In this document: piece by piece, positions 9,737 to 18,000 of the stretch
Numbering within the stretch: the stretch's first letter is position 1
Layout of the letters: each line of letters opens with the position of its first letter
Origin: a virus
Lineage: Duplodnaviria > Caudoviricetes
Reading direction: 5' to 3' (one strand)
Length of the DNA: 58,968 nucleotides
IMG/VR virus record: IMGVR_UViG_3300037071_002299
Span: 1 to 58,968 of that record
Notes under the pieces: model-generated
Databases searched by the model: none
What the model saw: the letters and a program-made list of their open reading frames with translations, nothing else
Told to the model about the DNA's origin: nothing
Program-made: the position numbers and the translations under genes

Positions 9737-11097
9737 CGGTCGTCTTGCGAGTCTCGCCGCAGGACGTGACGCACAAGCTCTCGTGCGATCTCTTTGAGAC
9801 CGAGGCGGCGGAGTGGGGCGATAAGACCTACATGCCGATCGAGCAGACGATCAAGCACCGCTCGATCGTCGCTCGTTACGTCGAGGGGCGCGCGTGGGAG
9901 GAGACGGAACTGTTCACCAACATCTACACGCGCCGCTTCGCGGCCGGCGAGCATGTGCGCGGCTGCTCGACGATGGCGGGATTGCTGCAGCAGTACCGCA
10001 CACGGGTCGATCACATGTACGCCGACATGCAGAAGCACGGGTATCGCGACGACGCCGATGACCTGATCCCGGTGGTGATCGCACCCGACGGGACGCTCAC
10101 GCTTGGCAACCAGGGCAACCACCGGCTCGCCATTGCCAAGGTGCTCAACATCCCGAAAATCGCCGTCAGGGTGTGCGGCCGACTCGACTCAATCCGCTGC
10201 CCGGTGGAACCGGCGACGTTCCAACCGGTGCTGCACGACGGAGCACGGGAGATCCCGGCGATGACCACGCCGGCCGAGCGGGTGGCGTACTACGAACTGG
10301 CGAAAGCGCAGGCGGCGCTCGGCGCGGTCGTCGAACTCGGCACTTGGCTCGGGGCGGCGACGGTGTTCATGGCGGCCGGTGTGCGTGATGCGGACACTCG
10401 CCGCCCAATGCACTCCTACGACCGCTTCAAGTGGAAGCCGATCCATGAGTACAAGGCGGGGCATCCGCTGCGCTGCTCGATGATCGAGCAGGTGAAGCGC
10501 AACTTGGGTCCGCTCGCCGCGCTGGTGCAGCTGCACAAGATCGAGATCACCGACGCGAAGTGGCTGGGCGGGCCGATCGGGCTGCTGGTGGCGGACGGAC
10601 CGAAGCACGCGGGAGACGTGGTGCGCACGCTCGGGATCTTCGGACCCGAGCTTGTCGTCGGCAGTTGTACGGCGTGGCAGGATTTTGCGTACTTCCCGGC
10701 TTACGAGCTGCCGGTGTGCTTTGAGCGACTCGAGCAGGCGGGCGTGGTGTCATTTGTGCGCGGCGTGTTTCCCGGCACCACTGCTGTGTTGCGCATTGAG
10801 AAACACATCAGTCGCAAGCTCGCACACTCCATCAAGGTGAGTGACATCAAGACGACCGAGATCCTGCCGATCTGGGAAAAGTGGAGCGCGCGGCTGCCCG
10901 AGGAGATGCGCCCGCGGTTCATGTGTGGAGCGGCGCTCTTTCTGCACGACCGTGGCGAGCAGGCGCAGGCGGCCGCACTCTTCAAGGCGCTGCTCGCGGA
11001 GTACACCGAGGACATCGCATCGAAGTGGGAATACTTCAAGAACAAGAAACCGGAGATGCTGCGGCGCTATCCGGCCATCGCGGCCGAATTGTCATGA
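9733..11097 (+). CDS. ParB/Srx-like N-terminal domain fused to a SAM methyltransferase
   Basis: IPVVIAPDG...GNHRLAIAKVL in N-terminus; VVELGTWLG, SYDRF, LLVADGPKH, WQD in C-terminus. Confidence 0.7.
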   Translation: MTVVLRVSPQDVTHKLSCDLFETEAAEWGDKTYMPIEQTIKHRSIVARYVEGRAWEETELFTNIYTRRFAAGEHVRGCSTMAGLLQQYRTRVDHMYADMQKHGYRDDADDLIPVVIAPDGTLTLGNQGNHRLAIAKVLNIPKIAVRVCGRLDSIRCPVEPATFQPVLHDGAREIPAMTTPAERVAYYELAKAQAALGAVVELGTWLGAATVFMAAGVRDADTRRPMHSYDRFKWKPIHEYKAGHPLRCSMIEQVKRNLGPLAALVQLHKIEITDAKWLGGPIGLLVADGPKHAGDVVRTLGIFGPELVVGSCTAWQDFAYFPAYELPVCFERLEQAGVVSFVRGVFPGTTAVLRIEKHISRKLAHSIKVSDIKTTEILPIWEKWSARLPEEMRPRFMCGAALFLHDRGEQAQAAALFKALLAEYTEDIASKWEYFKNKKPEMLRRYPAIAAELS

Positions 11098-11834
11098 TGC
11101 TCACCCCGGAGGAACTGGCCGAGCTGCCGCCGAAGGCGAGGCGTGACTTGGAGATCGTCGATCTCTATCTCGAGCACGACTACCTCACCGCGTATGCGCT
11201 GCACACCGCGCAACGGATTGTGCATGAAGGGTACGAGGCCGCGGCAGGGGCGGATGCGAGCCGTGACAACTGGGACAGCCACGGCAACCTGCAGCGGGAT
11301 TTCCTGCTCAACATGGGGCTGCAGCCGCACCACCGGCTGCTCGAGGTCGGCTGTGGGGCGGGACGGCTTGCACGCAAGATCGTGCCGTACCTCGGACGCG
11401 GGCAGTATCACGGCGTCGACCTTTCGGAGGCGGCTGTTGAATCAGCCATTGAATTGTCGGTCAGCGAAGGCTGGAGTCACCACGATCCGCAGTTCTATGT
11501 CGGGCAGGTCGCGGATCTCCGGGCCGGCTCTTTCCAATTCGCTTGGGCGCACTCGGTTACCACGCATTTACCACCGACACTGATCACAAATCTCTTTTCC
11601 CAGGTGGCAGCCGCGATGGTCGGCAATGGGGTCTTCTACTGGACGTACCTGCCCGCGGAGCGTGACGAGCGATACGGGCTGACGCAGTTCCGTACCACGG
11701 TGGCGACGCTGCGCAGGTGCGCCGAGGATGCGGGGCTCACCTTTGACGAGGTGCCCGACTGGGTGCGGCTTGCTGGCTACAAGCCCGGTCGCTGGAGCTA
11801 CGGGCAAAGCATTGCGGTGAGCCGGCGTGCATAA
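11094..11834 (+). CDS. Class I SAM-dependent methyltransferase
   Basis: LLEVGCGAGR, YHGVD, FAWAHSVTTHL. Confidence 0.85.
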   Translation: MMLTPEELAELPPKARRDLEIVDLYLEHDYLTAYALHTAQRIVHEGYEAAAGADASRDNWDSHGNLQRDFLLNMGLQPHHRLLEVGCGAGRLARKIVPYLGRGQYHGVDLSEAAVESAIELSVSEGWSHHDPQFYVGQVADLRAGSFQFAWAHSVTTHLPPTLITNLFSQVAAAMVGNGVFYWTYLPAERDERYGLTQFRTTVATLRRCAEDAGLTFDEVPDWVRLAGYKPGRWSYGQSIAVSRRA

Positions 11835-12573
11835 GCTGACGGTCGCGTGCTGGAAGTGGCGTTCTGCGCCCGGCTATCGCTCGACCTTCACCGCGCAGCA
11901 TGTCAACACGCTGCGCAGCATGGTGGCGCGGCATTACGCGAAGCCGCACGATTTTGTCTGTATCACGGATGATCCGGCCGGCATCGACGGGGATGTCCGG
12001 ATCGTTCCAATCTGGGACGACCACAAGAATCTCCGCGGGCCGAATGGGGTCAACTGCTATCGTCGTTTGAAGGCGTTCTCGGTGGAAGCAGCGGATCTCA
12101 TCGGCCCACGGTTCGTCTCACTGGATCTGGATGCGGTCGTCACGGACGATCTGACACCACTGTGGGACCGGCCGGAAGAGTTCGTCATCTGGGGCGATAC
12201 CGCGCGCGGCACGCCGTACAACGGCAGCATGTTCCTGCTGACCGCAGGCACGCGCACGCGCGTCTGGGAGACGTTCGATCCGCAGAAGTCGCCGGCCGCC
12301 GCCAAAGCGCGCGGCTACATCGGCAGCGACCAAGCGTGGATCGGCGCGTGTCTCGGTCCGCACGAGCGCAAGTGGTCGATACTCGACGGCGTGTATTCGT
12401 ACCGGGTACACATTGCGCAGGAACTGAGGAACTCACGCTTTGAGCGACCGCCGCCGGGTCGTCCGCACATCCTGCCCGGCAACGCGCGCATTGTCCTCTT
12501 TCATGGCCGGCACGACCCGTGGCATCCGCAAGTCCAGAAATTGAATCCGTGGATTACGGACCATTGGAGATAA
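11827..12573 (+). CDS. GT-A fold glycosyltransferase
   Basis: CWKW, FVCITDD, DxD motif LDLDAVV, YNGSMF, SDQAWI, FHG..DPW. Confidence 0.8.
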   Translation: MHKLTVACWKWRSAPGYRSTFTAQHVNTLRSMVARHYAKPHDFVCITDDPAGIDGDVRIVPIWDDHKNLRGPNGVNCYRRLKAFSVEAADLIGPRFVSLDLDAVVTDDLTPLWDRPEEFVIWGDTARGTPYNGSMFLLTAGTRTRVWETFDPQKSPAAAKARGYIGSDQAWIGACLGPHERKWSILDGVYSYRVHIAQELRNSRFERPPPGRPHILPGNARIVLFHGRHDPWHPQVQKLNPWITDHWR

Positions 12574-12579
12574 GCACTA

Positions 12580-13140
12580 ATGGCTAAGGTTTCCTTTGAG
12601 GTCGAGATGAAGCAGAGCGGATTGCCGCAGCTCATCAATACGCTCAAGGACTTCCCCGACCGTTTCCAGCAGAAGATCGTGCGGCGTGCCGCACGCCGAG
12701 GCATGAACATCGTCCGCGACGCGGCCCGAACGAAAGCGAAAGCGATCGACGATCCGGCCACGCCGAAGCGGAAAATCTTCAAGAACATCGTCACCAACGA
12801 ATCGGCGCGGCGCGGTCGCGCCATTGGCGGCATCGTGATGAAGGTCGGTGTGCGCGGTGGCGCACTCGCCTATCCATTGATGACCCACGGGCGCGGTGCG
12901 CCGTTTCAGCCACGCCGCAAGCCGCGGGCGAGCGCGAAACCGCCGTCGCCGCATCCCGGTGGCGACACCCGCTACTGGCGGCACCAGGAATTCGGCTGGC
13001 GGCATGTGGGCGGAAAGCACGTCGTCGGACGCAAGTTCATGCTGCAGGCACTGATTGAGAACTCGCAAAAGGTTGCCGACAAGATCGTCCAAGAGATCAA
13101 CATCGGGCTCGACACGCTTTTCAAGGGAGGCCCGCCATGA
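12580..13140 (+). CDS. HK97 gp10-like tail completion protein
   Basis: RRAARRG, YWRHQEFG, FMLQAL; synteny. Confidence 0.8.
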   Translation: MAKVSFEVEMKQSGLPQLINTLKDFPDRFQQKIVRRAARRGMNIVRDAARTKAKAIDDPATPKRKIFKNIVTNESARRGRAIGGIVMKVGVRGGALAYPLMTHGRGAPFQPRRKPRASAKPPSPHPGGDTRYWRHQEFGWRHVGGKHVVGRKFMLQALIENSQKVADKIVQEINIGLDTLFKGGPP

Positions 13141-13526
13141 TTGGCGTACCGCCGATCTACGAACTCTGCGATGTCGACACGGGTGTGCAAGCCGTGCTGG
13201 GCGGTCCTGATGGCCTGCGCGTGTATCCATTCGGGCATGTGCCGCAGGACAACCCGCCCGAGCCGCGACCGTATGCTGTGTGGCGACGGACGTATGGGGC
13301 ACCCGAGAACACGCTTGGCTGCCCGCCCGATATGGATTACGTCGGCATCGAGGTAATCTGTGTCGGCGATCCGGACACCTGCCGGGAGGCGCACGATGCG
13401 ATCATTCTGGCGATCGAAAGTCACTGTCATGTGGTCGGCCTTGATGACGAGGGGCGCGATCCGGACACGGATGATTACTGGTGTTCGTTCACGGCCGACT
13501 GGTTTGTATCGCGCAACGGAACATGA
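13137..13526 (+). CDS. Tail terminator (DUF3168-like)
   Basis: RVYPFG..PQ....PYAVW....G.PEN.L; synteny. Confidence 0.8.
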   Translation: MIGVPPIYELCDVDTGVQAVLGGPDGLRVYPFGHVPQDNPPEPRPYAVWRRTYGAPENTLGCPPDMDYVGIEVICVGDPDTCREAHDAIILAIESHCHVVGLDDEGRDPDTDDYWCSFTADWFVSRNGT

Positions 13527-13699
13527 AACCGTACACCTATCGGTTTCACTTCGCGGTGATACGCGCGCTGCGCGGCGTACTCACGGCATGGGAGAAGTGG
13601 GTGGAAGCGGACCATCTGGCGGGCTTGCCAGAGGGTACGCCTGAAGAGGTGATGAAGCTGCTGACGCCGGAACAGCGTCGACCAGACAAGCCACAATAG
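13523..13699 (+). CDS. Small hypothetical protein
   Basis: ATGA overlap with the previous gene. Confidence 0.45.
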   Translation: MKPYTYRFHFAVIRALRGVLTAWEKWVEADHLAGLPEGTPEEVMKLLTPEQRRPDKPQ

Positions 13700-13817
13700 T
13701 TTTTAACACTGCCTCGCTCCGTGCCTCGCGCATCTGCGCCGCGCACACATGGCCTCGCAGGAAACAACCTCTGACTGCTCGTAGGCGGTCTGTTTTCCTT
13801 TTCTGGAGGATTGAGCA

Positions 13818-14285
13818 ATGGCTGTAAAAACCCAAGGCACCGAACTTTATTTCATCGACCCCGATTCAACCGAGGTCGTGAAGATCGGCTGCCCGACGAC
13901 GATCACCGGCATCGGCGCTGCGCGCGACCAGATCGAGACCACCTGTCTCGATTCGGAAGGCCGCACGTACGAAGCCGGCATGCCGACGCCCGGCACGGCG
14001 AACTTCACCATTCAGGCGGACCCGGCTGATCCGAGCCACATCCGTCTGCATGAGTTGTACCGCGAGGGGACGACACTCGACTTTGCGCTCGGCTGGTCGG
14101 ACGGCACTGGCATCGTACCGACGGCGGATTCGTCGGGATTCACCCTGCCGACGACGCGGTCGTGGATCAGTTTCACCGGGTACGTCACGGACTTCCCGTT
14201 CGACTTTGCACTGAACTCGGTCGTGACATCGAATCTGGGAATCCAGGTGTCCGACTTCCCGCATTGGATTCCCAAGTCGACCTAG
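13818..14285 (+). CDS. Major tail tube protein
   Basis: MAVKTQGTELY, IETTCL, FTGYVTDFPFDF; strong GGAGG RBS. Confidence 0.9.
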   Translation: MAVKTQGTELYFIDPDSTEVVKIGCPTTITGIGAARDQIETTCLDSEGRTYEAGMPTPGTANFTIQADPADPSHIRLHELYREGTTLDFALGWSDGTGIVPTADSSGFTLPTTRSWISFTGYVTDFPFDFALNSVVTSNLGIQVSDFPHWIPKST

Positions 14286-14306
14286 ACAGGTCAAGCGAGG
14301 TAACTG

Positions 14307-14693
14307 ATGGATCTGAAACAACTGCAAGAGTTGGGTGGCTTCGTCCCGAAGCTGCCGATCAAGCGCCCCGTGACGTGGCAGCCGGTCAACGACGACGGCA
14401 CGCCGAAGGGCGACGAGCTCACGTTCGATGTCTTCATCCGGAAGCTGTCGTTCGGTGCGCTCGAGCGATTGTTCGACGACAAGCAGCCGATCGATCGGCA
14501 GCGCATGTCGGCCTACATCGCCGATGCGGTATCGCTCGGGGACGAGGGCAAACAGAGAATCAGTTACCAGCAGGCTATGGAGCTGGAGCCGACGCTCGCC
14601 ACGGCGCTGATGAACGCCGTCGGCGAGGTGAACAGCGTCAAGAAGCAGGAAGTGAAAACCAACGGGGAGGCTGAACCGGAAGCAAAAAACTAA
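14307..14693 (+). CDS. Tail assembly chaperone (G-like)
   Basis: Between tube and tape measure genes; ends GCA AAA AAC TAA. Confidence 0.85.
   Translation: MDLKQLQELGGFVPKLPIKRPVTWQPVNDDGTPKGDELTFDVFIRKLSFGALERLFDDKQPIDRQRMSAYIADAVSLGDEGKQRISYQQAMELEPTLATALMNAVGEVNSVKKQEVKTNGEAEPEAKN
14684..14690 (+). other. -1 programmed ribosomal frameshift slippery site A AAA AAC
   Basis: XXXYYYZ heptamer just before the stop; the -1 frame is open (LTPAEREEASRDFWCEMVMAG...) to 15013. Confidence 0.85.
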
Positions 14694-15013
14694 CACCCGC
14701 CGAACGCGAGGAGGCATCACGGGATTTCTGGTGCGAAATGGTGATGGCCGGCGTCGGCGGGAAGACGGTCGAAGAGGCGAAGGACCGCCTCACCTTTTGG
14801 GAGGTACAGGAATTCTGGATTCCGTACCAGAGCAGGCACGGGTCGTTCAACAGCACCGAGCGGATGGAGTTGGGTTTCGCCCAACTCTGCCGACTGGTGA
14901 ATCACGCGGCCGGCGGCCATGCGCGGCTGGAGGATTTCCTGCCGCGTAGAGAGGGCGAGCAACACGGGACACCGGAGCAAGTGATGGCAATCCTGATGGG
15001 CAAGAGGACGTAA
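14690..15013 (+). CDS. Tail assembly chaperone frameshift extension (T-like)
   Basis: GVGGKTVEEAK motif, continuous with the -1 frame of the upstream chaperone. Confidence 0.8.
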   Translation, partial: LTPAEREEASRDFWCEMVMAGVGGKTVEEAKDRLTFWEVQEFWIPYQSRHGSFNSTERMELGFAQLCRLVNHAAGGHARLEDFLPRREGEQHGTPEQVMAILMGKRT

Positions 15014-18000
15014 ATGGCAACTCGCGGCTTGGGCACACTCACGCTGGACCTGCTCTTAAAGGTCGGCGGTTTCAAGCAGGGCATGACCGAAGCAGAGCGC
15101 GCGGCTGAGCGTGCGATGCGTGCCATCACAGAGAGCGCGAGACGTGCGTCCAAGGACGTCAATCAATCCTTCAGCGGTGGTGTCAAGGTCGAGGGCCTGC
15201 AGAAGGCGGCACGGATTGTTCAGACGGAACTGAAGAAGACCGAGGATTCGGTCAAGGCGGTCAAGGCGACGTTCGGGGATGTGGGGTTCCGCATCCCCGG
15301 ATTGCGCCAGGCGGAAATCGAGGCGCGGAAGCTCAACGAGGCGATGGCGCTGCTGCGGGAGCGCACGGCGCAACTGCTACAGGCAGGGTTCGGCGAGCGG
15401 GTGGCGGCGCAAGTCGCCACGCCACTCGAGCTCTACCGCAAGCAGGTTGAGTTGCTGAATTTCGCCGCCGCGCAGGGCGTCATCAACCAGCAGACCTTCA
15501 GCCGGGCACTGCACTCAACGACGCAGGCGTTCATTGCTGGCACGCCGGCCATGCAGCGATGGAATCTACTGGTTGAGGAAGGCAAGCGGCTCATGGCGGC
15601 CAACGTCGGGCCGCAGGATGCGTTCCGCAATCGCTTCAAGGAACTGACGCAACTCGCGCTCTCCGGGCAGATCACGCCCGAGGTGCGCACCTCCGAGATC
15701 GCCAAGGAGAAGGCGATCCGCGACAGCTTGACGGGCGTCACGGCCGAGAACAATCGTCTCGATACCGAAGCCAAGCGCATCAAGGAATCGCAGATCCCGC
15801 CGCAGCGTGAATACAACGAAGCGATGGCGCTGACGCAGAAGTTGCTCGACACGCAGCGCATCGATCAAGCGGAATTCAACACCGAGGCACAGCGACTCAA
15901 GGCCATCCTCGATGCCAGTAATCCGGCTCAACAGGAGCAGAACCGGCTGATGGCGGAGGCGGCGAAGCTCGCTGCACGGCTGCAAGATCCGCTGATCCAG
16001 TATCAGCAGCGACTGAAAGAAATCGCTGCGATGAAGATCGCCGCACCGGATCTGGTCAGTGATGAGATCGAAACCGCTGCGATCAAGGAGGCCGAGGACG
16101 CCTACAACAAACTCAATCCGGAGATTCAGGAGAACCTCCGCCTTGAGAAAGAGGCGGCGGCGATCAAGGCGGCGAACACGACTGCGCAGGAACGCTACGA
16201 CGCAGCGATTGCCCACTCCGCTTCGTTGATCGGCAAGGTCGGTTTCACGCAGGCCGATCACAACCGCGAAATCGCACGGCAGAAAGCCATTCTCGATGCG
16301 AGCAATCCGGCGCTGCAGGAGCACGCGCGCCTGATGGCCGAGGGTGCGCGTGCGACGAAGACGCACATGTCGGCGCAGGAGCAGCTCGACGCGGCCATCG
16401 CGCACGCCGATAAACTGCTCGCCACCTACGACGCGACGCTCAAGCGCACGGCGATCGATCAGCAGACGCACACCCGTATGGTGGCTGCGGCGCGTGCCGA
16501 ATTCGATCGCGCGTCACAGAGTACGCAGAAATTGAGCGGGCGCTTCTTGGAGTTTTCCAAGCTCCTGAATCGCGGGTTTGGCCTGCAGTCGTTTGTGGCA
16601 CAGGCCCTGTCGATCTTCGCCATCATCAATCTGGTACGTTCGATCATCCAGATCACCGATGAGTTGAAGCTGCTGGAGAACCGGCTGAGGCTGGTCACGC
16701 ACAGCACCAGCGATCTCGTACGCACACAGAAAGAACTGTTTGAGGTCGCACAGCGCACGCGGCAGGAATATACCGGCGTCACGGATCTCTACATCCGACT
16801 GGCGCAGGCCAGCAGTGAACTCGGTGCCACGCAGCAGGAATTGATCGCCGTCACAGAAGCGACAGGCAACGCGCTTGCTATCGCCGGTACAGGGGCGGAG
16901 CGCGCCAGAGGCGTACTGATCCAGCTCACACAGGGTCTTGGCGGCGGCACGTTCCGCGCTGAGGAATTCAACTCGGTGCTTGAGGGGGCCGCGCCGCTGG
17001 TCCGCATCGTTGCAAAACACATCGATCGTTTTGCCGGCAGTGTGCAGGCCCTGCGCAAAGAGGTGCGCGAAGGCACCGTGACATCAAAGGAGTTCTTCGA
17101 TGCCATCCGCGATGGCTCTGAAGAACTGTCGAAACAGGTGGCGTCGACGCCGGTCACGATCAGTCAGGCGTTTACCCAACTGAAAAATGTTTTCCAGCAG
17201 GCGGTGCTCGGCACCGATATGCAGCCGCTCGTAAAGGGCATTCTCGACCTGAAGGTGCTACTGGAAGATCCGCAGTTCCAGCAAGCGTTGGTGGACTTCG
17301 TCAACTTGCTGCTGACCGCCGGCGGCGCGGTTCTGCGCACGGGCGAACACTTTGCGCAACTCGCGCTGGAGTTGAAGCAGAGCATCGCCTATGCCAAGGG
17401 CGAGCTGAGCGAGATCGAGGTGCTGGAGGCGAAAATTCAGCGGGTTGGGTTCACATTGCGGCAGGCCCAGCGAGGAGGGTTCCTCGAGAGCGGCGACATC
17501 ACGGCCATCGGTCTCAGTGTCGAAGGTCTGACTGCGAAGCTGGAGCGTCTGCGTAAAGAACTTGAGTTGCTGAAAGGCCAGGAACTCAGTGAGATCGTCA
17601 TCACGGCGAAGTCCATTGAGGCGCCCGTCGCGCCGATTGGTGATCCGAAGGCTCTCGAGCAGATCCGCAAGCAAATTGAGGCACTGGAGCAGCAGCGCGT
17701 GCTGCTCGGCAAGAATGCCGCGGCGACGATGGCGTATCGCATCGCGGTCGGTGATCTGAGAGAGACGTTTCAGAAAGCTGCCCCTGACGCGGAGGACTTG
17801 AAGGGCGCCCTGATTGCGGCTGCGGCGGCGCTCGAGCAGGAAACTGCCGTGCAGAGCGTCAAGAACTCGATCGAGGCTCTGCAACGCCAAGCGGCGGTGC
17901 TCAATCTCACGGAAAAGGAGGCGTTTGAATATAACCTGACGCAGGGCGAGCAGGCCGATCAGCTGGAAAGAACCGGTAAGGCGCAGGCGGGGTTGACCGA

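Noticed and set aside
9137-11834. DNA methyltransferase/restriction-modification interpretation
   Set aside because: No DPPY/NPPY or PC-ENV motifs; context is structural genes and glycosyltransferases.
13700-13817. tRNA or riboswitch upstream of the tail tube gene
   Set aside because: Only a weak imperfect stem (GGAAACA...TGTTTTCC); no cloverleaf or recognisable aptamer.
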